From NCBI GenBank assembly GCA_029225225.1, contig JAQXWB010000065.1, positions 253 to 64,252 of the forward strand: a stretch of DNA of 64,000 nt, in the 5' to 3' direction. Source of the stretch: Bacillota bacterium. GTDB taxonomy: Bacteria > Bacillota > Clostridia > Oscillospirales > Oscillospiraceae. Below are positions 7,789 to 16,155 of the stretch, piece by piece. How positions within the stretch are numbered: the first letter of the stretch is position 1; every line of letters begins with the position of its first letter. Under the pieces are notes generated by a model that was not told the origin of the DNA, made no database searches, and was given only the letters and a program-made list of their open reading frames with translations. The position numbers and the translations under genes were made by a program.

Positions 7789-8856
7789 ATGACAAAAACC
7801 ATCCTTCGGCTGATGCTTTCGGGCGCGCTTGTCGTGCTGACTGCCATTATGGTGCTCGCGGCAAAGTTCCTGACGCCCGTTGTGTTCTCCTTCTACCCCG
7901 ATTTTTCCCGCAGCGCGATCAAGGTCGTTGCGGCGATTACCTCAGTGATTCCGATTGCGCTGTGTGAGCTGCTGCTGGTATTTTTGGTGTTTTGGTTCTT
8001 CTTCACCTTGATCCGCGCCATTATGCGGGCGCGGATGGTGCGGTGGCTGACGGGCGTCTTGCTGTCCGTTTGCATCCTTGTGACGGTGTTTGTCGGGCTT
8101 TGGGGTCTGAATTACTACGCGCCCCCCATGCAGGAGCGCCTGAATATTGACAGCCGCCAATACTCCGCGCAGGAGCTGAAAGAGGCGACGATCTATTACC
8201 GCGACATGGCGAATTCGCTTGCGGCGCAGGTCGAGCGCGACGCGGACGGCGTTATGGTCGCATATGATTTTGACACGCTTGCCGAACAGGCGGGAGAGGG
8301 CTTTGAAACACTCACGAAGACCTATGATTGCTTCGACGGCTCGACCGTCCGCGTGAAAAAGCTCCTGTCCAGTCCGCTCATGGGCAAGATCGGCATGACC
8401 GGCGGCTTCATCTGCTTCACCGGCGAGAGCTGCGTCAGCACGACCACACACACCGCCTCTATGCCCTTCACGATGTGCCACGAGATTGGGCACCGCATGG
8501 CGTTTGCCCGGGAGGATGAGGCGAATTTTGCCGGTTTTTTGGCATGCGCGGCAAATGAGCGGCCCGAATTCCGCTACTCCGGCTACTATGCCGCCTTCCG
8601 CTACTGCTATAACGCGCTCTACAAGGCGGATGCACAGGCGGCGCTTGATGTCTGGTCGGGTGTGTGCGCCGAGATCGCGGCGGATTGGAACGCATCGGTG
8701 GAGCACTACGAAGCCATTCGCAGCGAGACGGCCGCCGAGGTCACGGACAATGTATATGATACCTATTTGAAATCCTTCTCTGTCGAATCAGGCGTGCAAT
8801 CCTATGGGGAAGTCACAGACCTGCTTCTAGATTGGTACTTTGGAGGTGAGGCATGA
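7789..8856 (+). CDS. DUF3810-like membrane zinc-metallopeptidase-like protein
   Basis: N-terminal TM helices, then a HEIGH zincin motif followed by FAREDEANFAGF. This matches my recollection of the DUF3810 family. Confidence 0.65.
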   Translation: MTKTILRLMLSGALVVLTAIMVLAAKFLTPVVFSFYPDFSRSAIKVVAAITSVIPIALCELLLVFLVFWFFFTLIRAIMRARMVRWLTGVLLSVCILVTVFVGLWGLNYYAPPMQERLNIDSRQYSAQELKEATIYYRDMANSLAAQVERDADGVMVAYDFDTLAEQAGEGFETLTKTYDCFDGSTVRVKKLLSSPLMGKIGMTGGFICFTGESCVSTTTHTASMPFTMCHEIGHRMAFAREDEANFAGFLACAANERPEFRYSGYYAAFRYCYNALYKADAQAALDVWSGVCAEIAADWNASVEHYEAIRSETAAEVTDNVYDTYLKSFSVESGVQSYGEVTDLLLDWYFGGEA

Positions 8857-10022
8857 AACAACGCATTTCGCTCTGTTATGCACTGGTGCAAGCGGCGATT
8901 TGGGGGAGCTACGGTTTTTTGTTCTCCTTCGCCAACCGCTATCTGCTGGCGCGCGGGCTGTCCAGTTTGCGGATCGGATTGATCCTCGGCGTTGCGACGG
9001 GAATCGCCTTCCTGCTCCAACCGCTTTTGACGGCGCTGAGTGACCGCTTCCGCTTCTTCTCCTGCCGCCGGATCTTGGTCCTCTGTGCGGGATTCATGAC
9101 GCTGTGCGCGGCGGCGCTGTTGCTGCGGCTGACTACGCCGGTGATCATCGTGCTGTACGCCTTTGCGACCGTATGTCTGCAAGCCCTGCCTGCCTTTGCC
9201 AACGCCCTCGGTATGAACGCCATCCGCAACGGAAAGACGCTGAATTTCGGCGTCTCGCGCGGGATCGGTTCCGTGCTCTTCGGCGTGGCGGCGCAGGTCG
9301 CGATCCCGCTGATCGACCGCTTCGGGCTAAACACGGTGCCCTTTTGCAGCGCCGTACTCGGCATTTTACTGATGACGGCCGTGCTGGCGTTCCCCGAGCT
9401 GGAAAAGCGCGCCGAGGAACCGGCGGAGCAGCCCACGCCTGCGCTCGCGTTTTTCCGCGCGAACGGACGCTTCGCGTTGCTGCTGGTCGGCGTGGTGCTG
9501 CTGTACATCGGGCATAACGCCTTGAGCAACTGTATGTATCAGATCGCGGTCTACAAGGGAGACGGCAACGCGCAGGGGACGGCGCTGCTGATTGCCGCCT
9601 TTGTCGAGCTGCCGACGATGTTCCTGTTTACGAAGCTGCTCAAGCTCGCAAAATGTGAGCGGTGGCTGTGCCTGTCCTGCGTCTTCTTTACGCTGCGGCT
9701 GGCGCTGACGCTTTTGCTGCCCGGCGTTTACGGACTGTACGCCGCGCAGCTGGCGCAGATGCTCGGCTTTGCCCTGTTTGCGGTCAGCTCGGTCTACTAT
9801 GTCGGCATGGTCATTGACAAGCGCGATGTTGTCAAGGGGCAGACCTACCTCGCCGTTGCGAATACCCTCGGCTGCCTGATTGCGCATTTCCTCGGCGGCG
9901 CATTGATTGACGGCGTCGGCGTGGGCATGGCGCTCGTCATTTTCACGGTGCTCTCCATCCTCGGCGGCGCAATTGCAATCGGCGCGGTTGTGTCCAAGCC
10001 CGCCGCAAAACAGTCGGCGTAA
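8853..10022 (+). CDS. MFS-type transporter
   Basis: 389 aa, about 12 hydrophobic segments. ATGA start/stop overlap with the upstream gene. Confidence 0.7.
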   Translation: MKQRISLCYALVQAAIWGSYGFLFSFANRYLLARGLSSLRIGLILGVATGIAFLLQPLLTALSDRFRFFSCRRILVLCAGFMTLCAAALLLRLTTPVIIVLYAFATVCLQALPAFANALGMNAIRNGKTLNFGVSRGIGSVLFGVAAQVAIPLIDRFGLNTVPFCSAVLGILLMTAVLAFPELEKRAEEPAEQPTPALAFFRANGRFALLLVGVVLLYIGHNALSNCMYQIAVYKGDGNAQGTALLIAAFVELPTMFLFTKLLKLAKCERWLCLSCVFFTLRLALTLLLPGVYGLYAAQLAQMLGFALFAVSSVYYVGMVIDKRDVVKGQTYLAVANTLGCLIAHFLGGALIDGVGVGMALVIFTVLSILGGAIAIGAVVSKPAAKQSA

Positions 10023-10035
10023 ACAAAAAGCCATT

Positions 10036-10264
10036 CTGTAGGCCGCGGACATGTCCCCGCCGGTGTAGGAACTACCAACCGCGTACAAGCTCGTTTCTAT
10101 GTACCGGCGGGCGGCTGATAGCTGCCCCTACGAGAACAGTCGGATGTCGCGCTGTAGGGGCGGCTATCAGCCGCCCGCGTGCAGGTACTACCGGCTCATA
10201 CAGATTTGCTCGTCTGTGCCGTCTGCCGCTTACGCGGTCTTAGGGGATAGGTCTCCGCCCTGCA
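10036..10264. repeat. Repeat locus R5 (C - Krev - Brev - B - Krev - degenerate Crev)
   Basis: CTGTAGGCCGCGGACATGTCCCCGCC...GGGCGGCTGATAGCTGCCCCTACGAGAACAG...CTGTAGGGGCGGCTATCAGCCGCCC... Confidence 0.85.
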
Positions 10265-10308
10265 TTGACTGGTTTGCGCAACGCACGCTCCTTTTTTATA
10301 AAATCAAA

Positions 10309-10340
10309 CGACCCACCCGGGCGGGTGGGTCGTTTTGTTT
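10309..10340. terminator. bidirectional intrinsic terminator (MFS gene / rpiB)
   Basis: CGACCCACCC-gggc-GGGTGGGTCG flanked by an A-run and TTTTGTTT. Confidence 0.7.
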
Positions 10341-10346
10341 GGGTAC

Positions 10347-10787
10347 TCAGGCTTCTTCGATTGCCATCATTTTGTCGATGCGGCGTTGGTGGCGGCCGCC
10401 ATCGTAGGGGGTATCCAGCCAAGTATCGACGATTTGCAGCGCCATATACGGTGCGACGAGATTCTGACCGAGCGCCATCATATTGGTGTCGTTATGGTGC
10501 CGCGTGGCGGCGGCGGCAATTGTGTCTGTCAGCAGGGCGCAACGGATGCCCTTGACCTTATTCGCGACGATGGACACACCGATACCCGTTGTGCAAATGA
10601 CGATGCCGCGCGCACATTCGCCCGAGGCGACCGCTTCGGCAGCGGGACGGGCAAAATCAGGGTAGTCGCAGCTTTCCTTGGTATGCGTGCCGAAATCGCA
10701 GACCTCAAAGCCGCGTTCGATCAGATGCGCCTTGACCAGTTCCTTCAGTTCTAAGCCGCCGTGATCGCAAGCGATTGAAATTTTCAT
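10347..10787 (-). CDS. rpiB: ribose-5-phosphate isomerase B
   Basis: MKISIACDHGG...ICTTGIGVSIVANKV...RHHNDTN, RpiB/LacAB family. Start set to MKIS (track ORF starts 15 nt upstream). Confidence 0.9.
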   Translation of the reverse strand: MKISIACDHGGLELKELVKAHLIERGFEVCDFGTHTKESCDYPDFARPAAEAVASGECARGIVICTTGIGVSIVANKVKGIRCALLTDTIAAAATRHHNDTNMMALGQNLVAPYMALQIVDTWLDTPYDGGRHQRRIDKMMAIEEA

Positions 10788-10806
10788 GTGTAAAACCTCC
10801 AAACTA

Positions 10807-11988
10807 TCAGATCAAAATAAGTTTTGCCAAAAAGCACAGGCAAACGGCGCAGAAGAAAACGACGGTATATTCCGAATGCCCGCGTTCGGTATAGCTCTGC
10901 CAAAGCCTGCCGAGGGAGAGCAGCAGCGGAATCGGCAGCAGATAGGCGCCGCCGAGCAGCCATGCGCACAGACAGAACGGCAGAAGACAGAGAATCAACA
11001 GGCATCGTGTGTCGCGCTGCTTGAGCGTGCCGTGAAGCAGGGGAATCAGGGAGATCAGCCCGGCAAGGAACACAAAGCTGTCTTCGAGTCTTACGTTTCT
11101 CAGCAGCGAACCGCTGTGGAACAGGGAGGCGAGCTTTTTCCCGAAGGTCGGCAGCATCTCGCGATAGAAGCGGAAGGAGCGCAGCAGCTCCACGGGAGAG
11201 CCTTTCATACGGTGCGATAGGAGGCAGTAGAGCAGCCACAGCAGGAGTGTTGTGAAAAGAAAGGCGAGAAGGGTCAACAGCAGGGAGGCGGCGAGCTTTC
11301 TGCCGCGTTGCTCACGATTCCCACCGCGCCAGCGCAGCACCTGCGTGACAAGATAGGCGGCGAAGTAGCAGGGCGCGAGCCATGCGGTCTGCCGACACAA
11401 CAGCAGCGCCGGAGCATAGAGCATACCGGCAGCGAGCAGCCAAAATGCGTGGAAAAACAGCGGCGCGTCATAGGGCGCGGACATCCATACATACAGGCAA
11501 AGCAGGGAAGCAAAGAGCAGCGCGGTGGAAGCCGGGGCGGCATTTTGCGTAAAGCCTGCCAGTATCGCGCAGTGCAGCGCGGGCAGCGGCTTCCCGCCGA
11601 ACATCGTCCGCAGCAGCAGATACAGCGCAAGCGCCAAAAATACGCTTAGAAGCACCTGCCGTTCCAGCTGGGGCATACAGGACGAGAGAATCTGCATTGC
11701 ATTGCTTTTCAGGTGCAGCCTCAGGGAGAAAAAATAGTAGACGAACCGCAGCGCGGCGGCGCAGACAGCGGTGAGCAGCGCCCAAAGGATATCCGTCCAA
11801 CCCGGAAATTGAACCTGCACGGGGGCAAAACGCGGCGGATCCAGACGCTGAATCCATTCGGTTGTTCCGCGGCGCGGACGTATCGCATAGTAATACGCAG
11901 GGACAGACAGACTCAGCAGCACCGCGCAGAGGATCACCAAGGGCAGCCAAAACGGTGATACGGAGAGGAAATCAGAAACGGTACGCAT
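10807..11988 (-). CDS. polytopic membrane protein, function unknown
   Basis: 393 aa, many hydrophobic helices. GGAGGTGAG RBS. Lies 20 nt upstream of rpiB, so probably co-transcribed. Confidence 0.6.
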   Translation of the reverse strand: MRTVSDFLSVSPFWLPLVILCAVLLSLSVPAYYYAIRPRRGTTEWIQRLDPPRFAPVQVQFPGWTDILWALLTAVCAAALRFVYYFFSLRLHLKSNAMQILSSCMPQLERQVLLSVFLALALYLLLRTMFGGKPLPALHCAILAGFTQNAAPASTALLFASLLCLYVWMSAPYDAPLFFHAFWLLAAGMLYAPALLLCRQTAWLAPCYFAAYLVTQVLRWRGGNREQRGRKLAASLLLTLLAFLFTTLLLWLLYCLLSHRMKGSPVELLRSFRFYREMLPTFGKKLASLFHSGSLLRNVRLEDSFVFLAGLISLIPLLHGTLKQRDTRCLLILCLLPFCLCAWLLGGAYLLPIPLLLSLGRLWQSYTERGHSEYTVVFFCAVCLCFLAKLILI

Positions 11989-12057
11989 GTACTCACCTCC
12001 GGAAGATTCTTCAAGTTTCTATTGTTTATAGTTTATCACAGCTTTACGCCGCAAGCA

Positions 12058-12100
12058 ACAAAAAAATGCAGCTCCCCCTCCTTCTTGTGAGAGGGGGAGC
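12058..12100 (-). terminator. intrinsic terminator for the lipoprotein gene
   Basis: GCTCCCCCTC-loop-GAGGGGGAGC with a T-run downstream on the minus strand. Confidence 0.6.
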
Positions 12101-12112
12101 CTTTTAGAAAGC

Positions 12113-12778
12113 TTATTTTTTCGTGAAAGACCACGGCAGCTCTAAGCCGAGCTCCTCAAGCTGCGAAAACGAGTCATCCTCCGTCGTGATGGAATCGAAG
12201 ATCAGCGTTTCGCCGTCAAAGTGATAGGTGGTTTCGTCAATGTCGTCGCCGGAGAAGTCCTTCTCATCGGAGAAATAGAGCTTGCCGTCTTCAACCTTCC
12301 AATAGCCATCTTCCGTGGACTCTACTTCGTCAAGCAGTGTATCGGCGTCATAGCCTTCCAGCATCGTATCAACGTAGCTCTTGACATCCATGCCATACTG
12401 TGTTGCAAAGACGGAGTCAAAGGTCTCGCGGTCAACACCGGCCTCCTCGCCGCTTTGGTACAGCATTTCAATCACACCGTCAGAAAGCGATGCGATGTAT
12501 GCGTTGAATGCGTCCTTATCGAGCGCCACCGCTATCGTGCAGGCTTGCTTCTCTGCCAAGGTTAACGTAAGCGTTATGGACACCGTGGTATCCGTCGGAA
12601 GGTAGGCTGCATCAATTCCGCTGCTTCCCGACAAAGCCTCGCTCAATGCCTCCGTGAGATCCAATTCGGTCTGCCATGTACCGAGAAGCTTCTTTTCTTC
12701 CTGATTACCGCAGGCAACAAGCGACAGCGCTAAAACAAGAACAAGCAAAAGCGCGGCGATTCTTTTTGTGGTTTTCAT
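12113..12778 (-). CDS. lipoprotein, acidic, function unknown
   Basis: Signal peptide with lipobox LSLVAC|G. AGAGAGGA RBS. Consensus sigma-A-type promoter upstream. Confidence 0.7.
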   Translation of the reverse strand: MKTTKRIAALLLVLVLALSLVACGNQEEKKLLGTWQTELDLTEALSEALSGSSGIDAAYLPTDTTVSITLTLTLAEKQACTIAVALDKDAFNAYIASLSDGVIEMLYQSGEEAGVDRETFDSVFATQYGMDVKSYVDTMLEGYDADTLLDEVESTEDGYWKVEDGKLYFSDEKDFSGDDIDETTYHFDGETLIFDSITTEDDSFSQLEELGLELPWSFTKK

Positions 12779-12810
12779 TTTTGTCCTCTCTTTTGTTGTA
12801 AAGTGGGATT

Positions 12811-12839
12811 ATTATAGCAGCATCACATGGGATTGTCAA
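12811..12839 (-). promoter_or_regulatory. consensus sigma-A promoter for the lipoprotein gene
   Basis: Minus strand reads TTGACA, 17 nt, TATAAT, a perfect consensus. Confidence 0.65.
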
Positions 12840-12891
12840 TAGCGATTGCGTGTATCGTTTCAAAAAGTACAGTGAAGAGATTCGGAGCAGG

Positions 12892-12920
12892 TTGCAAATT
12901 CCGCTGCGATATGATACACT
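12892..12920 (+). promoter_or_regulatory. promoter for the tetR-like operon
   Basis: TTGCAA, 17 nt, TACACT with an upstream TG. Bracketed by the inverted repeat AGTGAAGAGAT / ATCTTCACT, a possible operator. Confidence 0.45.
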
Positions 12921-12994
12921 ATCTTCACTTAACCGCGGGCTTCCTGTCCCAAAGCGGCGGATAGAACGGAGCTTGAAATAAGGAGGCGGCAGGG

Positions 12995-13576
12995 TTGAAA
13001 TCCGATACCAAACAGACGATTCAGGCATCCTTTCGGACACTTTTGCTGGCAAAGTCTCTGGATAAGATCACCGTCCGCGATATCGTCGAGGACTGCGGGC
13101 TGACGCGGAATACCTTTTACTATCATTATGAGGATATCTACGATCTGTTTGACGATTACCTCGACACGCAGCTGCAAACGGCCATTGAAACGCTTCCCGC
13201 AGACAGCACTTGGGATGCGCTGCTGCTCAAGCTGCTCGAGAGCGTCTGCGAAACCCCGCAGATGGGCAGGCACGTCTTCTTCTCCCGCAAGCGGGAAGCG
13301 ATGCGCCAATATCTGCATAAGGTTCTGAGCGCGGTGCTTGACCGTTATATCAACGACAGTATGCAGGGCTTGCTGATCACCGCCGACGACCGGCGCCTGA
13401 TCTGCGACACCTGCTGTCATGCCGTTTACGGACTGATTGAGCAATCCCTTACGGGACCTGACGCGCCGCTGATGCGCGCGAGACTGCGCCGCGTTGCGAG
13501 GAGCTTTGACGGCGCGATCCGGCTGGCACTGGAATACTGCGCCGACCACCCGATTGCTAAGGAGGAACTGCTATGA
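12995..13576 (+). CDS. TetR/AcrR-family transcriptional regulator
   Basis: N-terminal HTH ITVRDIVEDCGLTRNTFYYHY. TTG start 7 nt after AAGGAGG. Confidence 0.8.
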   Translation: MKSDTKQTIQASFRTLLLAKSLDKITVRDIVEDCGLTRNTFYYHYEDIYDLFDDYLDTQLQTAIETLPADSTWDALLLKLLESVCETPQMGRHVFFSRKREAMRQYLHKVLSAVLDRYINDSMQGLLITADDRRLICDTCCHAVYGLIEQSLTGPDAPLMRARLRRVARSFDGAIRLALEYCADHPIAKEELL

Positions 13577-14166
13577 AACAGCATAATACGATTGTAAGGA
13601 GCGCAAAGATATTAAACGTCATCTCGGCAGGGCTGATGTTTGTAACGGGACTGCTGCTTTTGGTGATCCCCAATCTCGGCACGACCACTGCGCAGCGCAT
13701 TTTGCTCGGCGTTCTGTTCGGGCTGACGGGTGGGGCGAAGATTTTCGGCTATTTTTCCAATGACCTCTACCGTTTGGCGTTCCAGTTTGATTTTGCCATC
13801 GGCGTCTATTGTGAGCTGCTGACGCTTCTGATTGCGCTGCTGCCCGAACGTGTGTTTGACGCGCTTCCGCTGCTGATCTCGGTCTATGTCACGCTGGACG
13901 CGCTTTTGAAGCTGCAAATGAGCTTTGATGCCAGGCGCTTCGGTATGAAAAGCTGGGTCGCGCTGTTTGTGACGGCGCTGTTCCTGTGCGGTGTGGGCGG
14001 CTTCGCGGTCGGCTCCACCATCGCCGAGCTGATGCGCTATGTCGCAACGGTCGGTATCGCGCTGATGGTGGATGGCTTGGAGAACGCTTGGGTCACCGCG
14101 CATACCGTGCGTATCCGCGCCAAAAAGAAGAATGTCAGCGAGCATTTCGGCATTGAGGAGAAATGA
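13573..14166 (+). CDS. small multi-TM membrane protein (DUF308/HdeD-like?)
   Basis: 197 aa, about 6 hydrophobic helices. ATGA overlap with the tetR-like gene. Confidence 0.55.
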   Translation: MKQHNTIVRSAKILNVISAGLMFVTGLLLLVIPNLGTTTAQRILLGVLFGLTGGAKIFGYFSNDLYRLAFQFDFAIGVYCELLTLLIALLPERVFDALPLLISVYVTLDALLKLQMSFDARRFGMKSWVALFVTALFLCGVGGFAVGSTIAELMRYVATVGIALMVDGLENAWVTAHTVRIRAKKKNVSEHFGIEEK

Positions 14167-14235
14167 ACGGCTGCGCAGACACCGCCTGTGTAGGAGTGCT
14201 CCGCTCGGATTAAAAATGTGAAGGCGTCCCTCCCA

Positions 14236-14454
14236 TGTCATTGCGAGCCGAGGAACGAGGCGTGGCAATCTCGTGCAGGAACTACCGAGTGCGTACAAAT
14301 CTACAGCCTGAGATTGCCACAGCCGGTGTGCGCACTGGCTTCGCAACGACAAAAGGGGTGGTTCCTCCGTGTCATTGCGAGGAGCGCAGCGACGTGGCAA
14401 TCTTGTGCAGGAAATATCCGGTGAGTACTAACTCGTTTCGCCGTACCGTCTGCC
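14236..14454. repeat. Repeat locus R6 (A1 variant - Krev - A2rev - A1 - degenerate Krev)
   Basis: TGTCATTGCGAGCCGAGGAACGAGGCGTGGCAATCTCGTGCAGGAACTACCGAGTGCGTACAAATC... then GTCATTGCGAGGAGCGCAGCGACGTGGCAATCT. Confidence 0.85.
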
Positions 14455-14481
14455 AAATCAGGCATTCAAAATGCAAAATAT

Positions 14482-14520
14482 GCGCGTGCCGCGAAACTTT
14501 CTCTGTTTCGCGGCACGCGC
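14482..14520. terminator. bidirectional intrinsic terminator (downstream of spo0A-like gene)
   Basis: GCGCGTGCCGCGAAAC-tttctct-GTTTCGCGGCACGCGC, a 16-bp stem, followed by TTTTCC on plus and T-rich sequence on minus. Confidence 0.7.
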
Positions 14521-14553
14521 TTTTCCTCCCTGTGTTGTGCGGCTGTTCGCCGC

Positions 14554-15330
14554 TTACATTGCAGCAGGCTCCATGTTTTTGAGCTGTAATTGCAGCTTGT
14601 CCGCAATGAGCGCGATGAATTCCGAATTCGTCGGCTTTCCCTTGGTGTTTGACACCGTGTAGCCGAAGAACCGCTGCAGCGTCTCCAAATCGCCGCGATC
14701 CCATGCGACTTCAATGGCATGGCGGATTGCGCGCTCTACCCGTGAGGGCGTGGTCGCGAAGGTCTTCGCTACCTGCGGGTAGAGAACCTTCGTGATCGCA
14801 TTGATCACATCCATGTTGTTCACCGCGATGATGATCGCCTCGCGCAGGTACTGATAGCCTTTGATGTGCGCGGGTACGCCGATCTCGTGGATCATTGAAG
14901 TGACCATTGCTTCAATGCTTGCCTCTCTGTTGCGCGTGCCGGGGCTGTGCGGGATGAGACTGTCCCGCATCTCATCGAGCCGCTCGAGGACGGCGCGGCA
15001 GGTGCAGGGCTTGAGCAGTACATACTGCACGCCGAGAGATACCAGCAAATTCGACACAAACTCCGTCATAAAATCCGCGAGAACTAACACCGTTGGTTTC
15101 TTGTCCAAGGCGTTTGCCGCTTTGACCACGGCAATCCCATCCGCTTGCGGCAGCATCATGTCTACGACGAGGAACTCCGGTTTTGTCTCCCGCAGAAGCT
15201 CCGTTGCGTGGATTCCGTCGTTTGCCGTTCCGACGACAGCGTACCGGTCGGACTGCTTTAAAACGGCGGCGAGTTTCTTTGTATATTCCTCACTGCTGTT
15301 GGCAAGCAGAACGCGATACATTTTTTCCAT
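14554..15330 (-). CDS. spo0A: Spo0A-family response regulator with atypical receiver domain
   Basis: C-terminal domain is nearly identical to the Spo0A signature ([19 protein letters not shown] ... [15 protein letters not shown] ... KPTNSEFIA). The receiver keeps the phospho-Asp context (LVVDMMLP) and Lys (LLKP). The acidic pair reads LLANSS instead of the usual ADD. Start at MEKMYRV after GGAGGAGGAAGGAGAG. Confidence 0.85.
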   Translation of the reverse strand: MEKMYRVLLANSSEEYTKKLAAVLKQSDRYAVVGTANDGIHATELLRETKPEFLVVDMMLPQADGIAVVKAANALDKKPTVLVLADFMTEFVSNLLVSLGVQYVLLKPCTCRAVLERLDEMRDSLIPHSPGTRNREASIEAMVTSMIHEIGVPAHIKGYQYLREAIIIAVNNMDVINAITKVLYPQVAKTFATTPSRVERAIRHAIEVAWDRGDLETLQRFFGYTVSNTKGKPTNSEFIALIADKLQLQLKNMEPAAM

Positions 15331-15381
15331 AAACTCTCCTTCCTCCTCCAATAGAGTTTCCGTGTTCCATACGGTAATAAT

Positions 15382-15410
15382 AATTTAGCATACCATTCGA
15401 TGTTTTGCAA
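15382..15410 (-). promoter_or_regulatory. candidate promoter for the spo0A-like gene
   Basis: Minus strand: TTGCAA, 17 nt, TAAATT with TGC immediately upstream. Confidence 0.4.
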
Positions 15411-15451
15411 GGAATTTTCATCAAAAATAAGTAATTTCTTTTTGACATTGC

Positions 15452-15476
15452 TCGACGAAATTCGTCATACGACAAA
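15452..15476. promoter_or_regulatory. cluster of 0A-box-like heptamers upstream of the spo0A-like gene
   Basis: TCGACGAAATTCGTCATACGACAAA. It contains TGACGAA/TTCGTCA and TGTCGTA on the gene strand, each one mismatch from the Spo0A box TGTCGAA. Confidence 0.35.
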
Positions 15477-15561
15477 TAGTGACGACTTTTCTGATTATCC
15501 GTGCATATTCTTCCGACCCTATGCATCCCCTTCGTGAAAACGTTTCACCGAGAAGCAAAAA

Positions 15562-15603
15562 ATGCCGCAAAGCCTACGCGACAGCGTGGTTCTTGCGGCA
15601 TTT
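15562..15603 (-). terminator. terminator-like hairpin downstream of mscL
   Basis: AATGCCGCAA ... TTGCGGCATT flanked by A6 and T6 runs. The loop is large, about 22 nt. Confidence 0.45.
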
Positions 15604-15623
15604 TTTCCATATGTGGTTTCCGC

Positions 15624-16073
15624 TTATTTTTTCAGCAAATCGCGGATCTCGGTGAGAAGCTTTTCCTCATTGCTCGGCTCGGGAGGAGGCGCAGGCGCTT
15701 CTTCCTCTTTCTTCTTGCCCAACTCGCGCAGGCGGTTCATGCCTTTGACCATCATGAAGATGACAAATGCGAGGATCAGAAAGCTGATCACGGCGGACAG
15801 AAAATCGCCGAAGCACAGGTAGTTTTCAATGACCTCGCCCGTCTCGGGGTTGATCTTGTCCCCAAAGAGAGACGGCAGGCGGATCTTCCAGCTGGAGAAG
15901 TCAATGCTGCCCGTGAAGATCGAGATAATCGGCATAATGATATTGTTGGTGAAGGAGCTGACAAGATCCTTGAACACACCGCCGATGATTACGCCGATTG
16001 CCATGTCGAACATATTGCCCTTTACGGCGAATTCCTTGAACTCCTTTAGAAATTTGCTGCTCTTCTTTGCCAT
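15624..16073 (-). CDS. mscL: large-conductance mechanosensitive channel
   Basis: MAKKSSKFLKEFKEFAVKGNMFDMAIGVIIGGVF...IIMPII signature. The true ATG at 16073 was verified in sequence (track ORF is extended to 16229). Confidence 0.9.
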   Translation of the reverse strand: MAKKSSKFLKEFKEFAVKGNMFDMAIGVIIGGVFKDLVSSFTNNIIMPIISIFTGSIDFSSWKIRLPSLFGDKINPETGEVIENYLCFGDFLSAVISFLILAFVIFMMVKGMNRLRELGKKKEEEAPAPPPEPSNEEKLLTEIRDLLKK

Positions 16074-16155
16074 AGCTTTTCTCCTTTCTTTCAAATTTTG
16101 GGGTATTGCGAAATGCCTCGGTGAGCCGATCGAGGCTCGCCGTTGTGAACTGCGT

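Noticed and set aside
12868-12930. Inverted repeat AGTGAAGAGAT/ATCTTCACT as a definite TetR operator.
   Set aside because: The half-sites are about 40 bp apart and imperfect. They are noted only in the promoter feature at low confidence.
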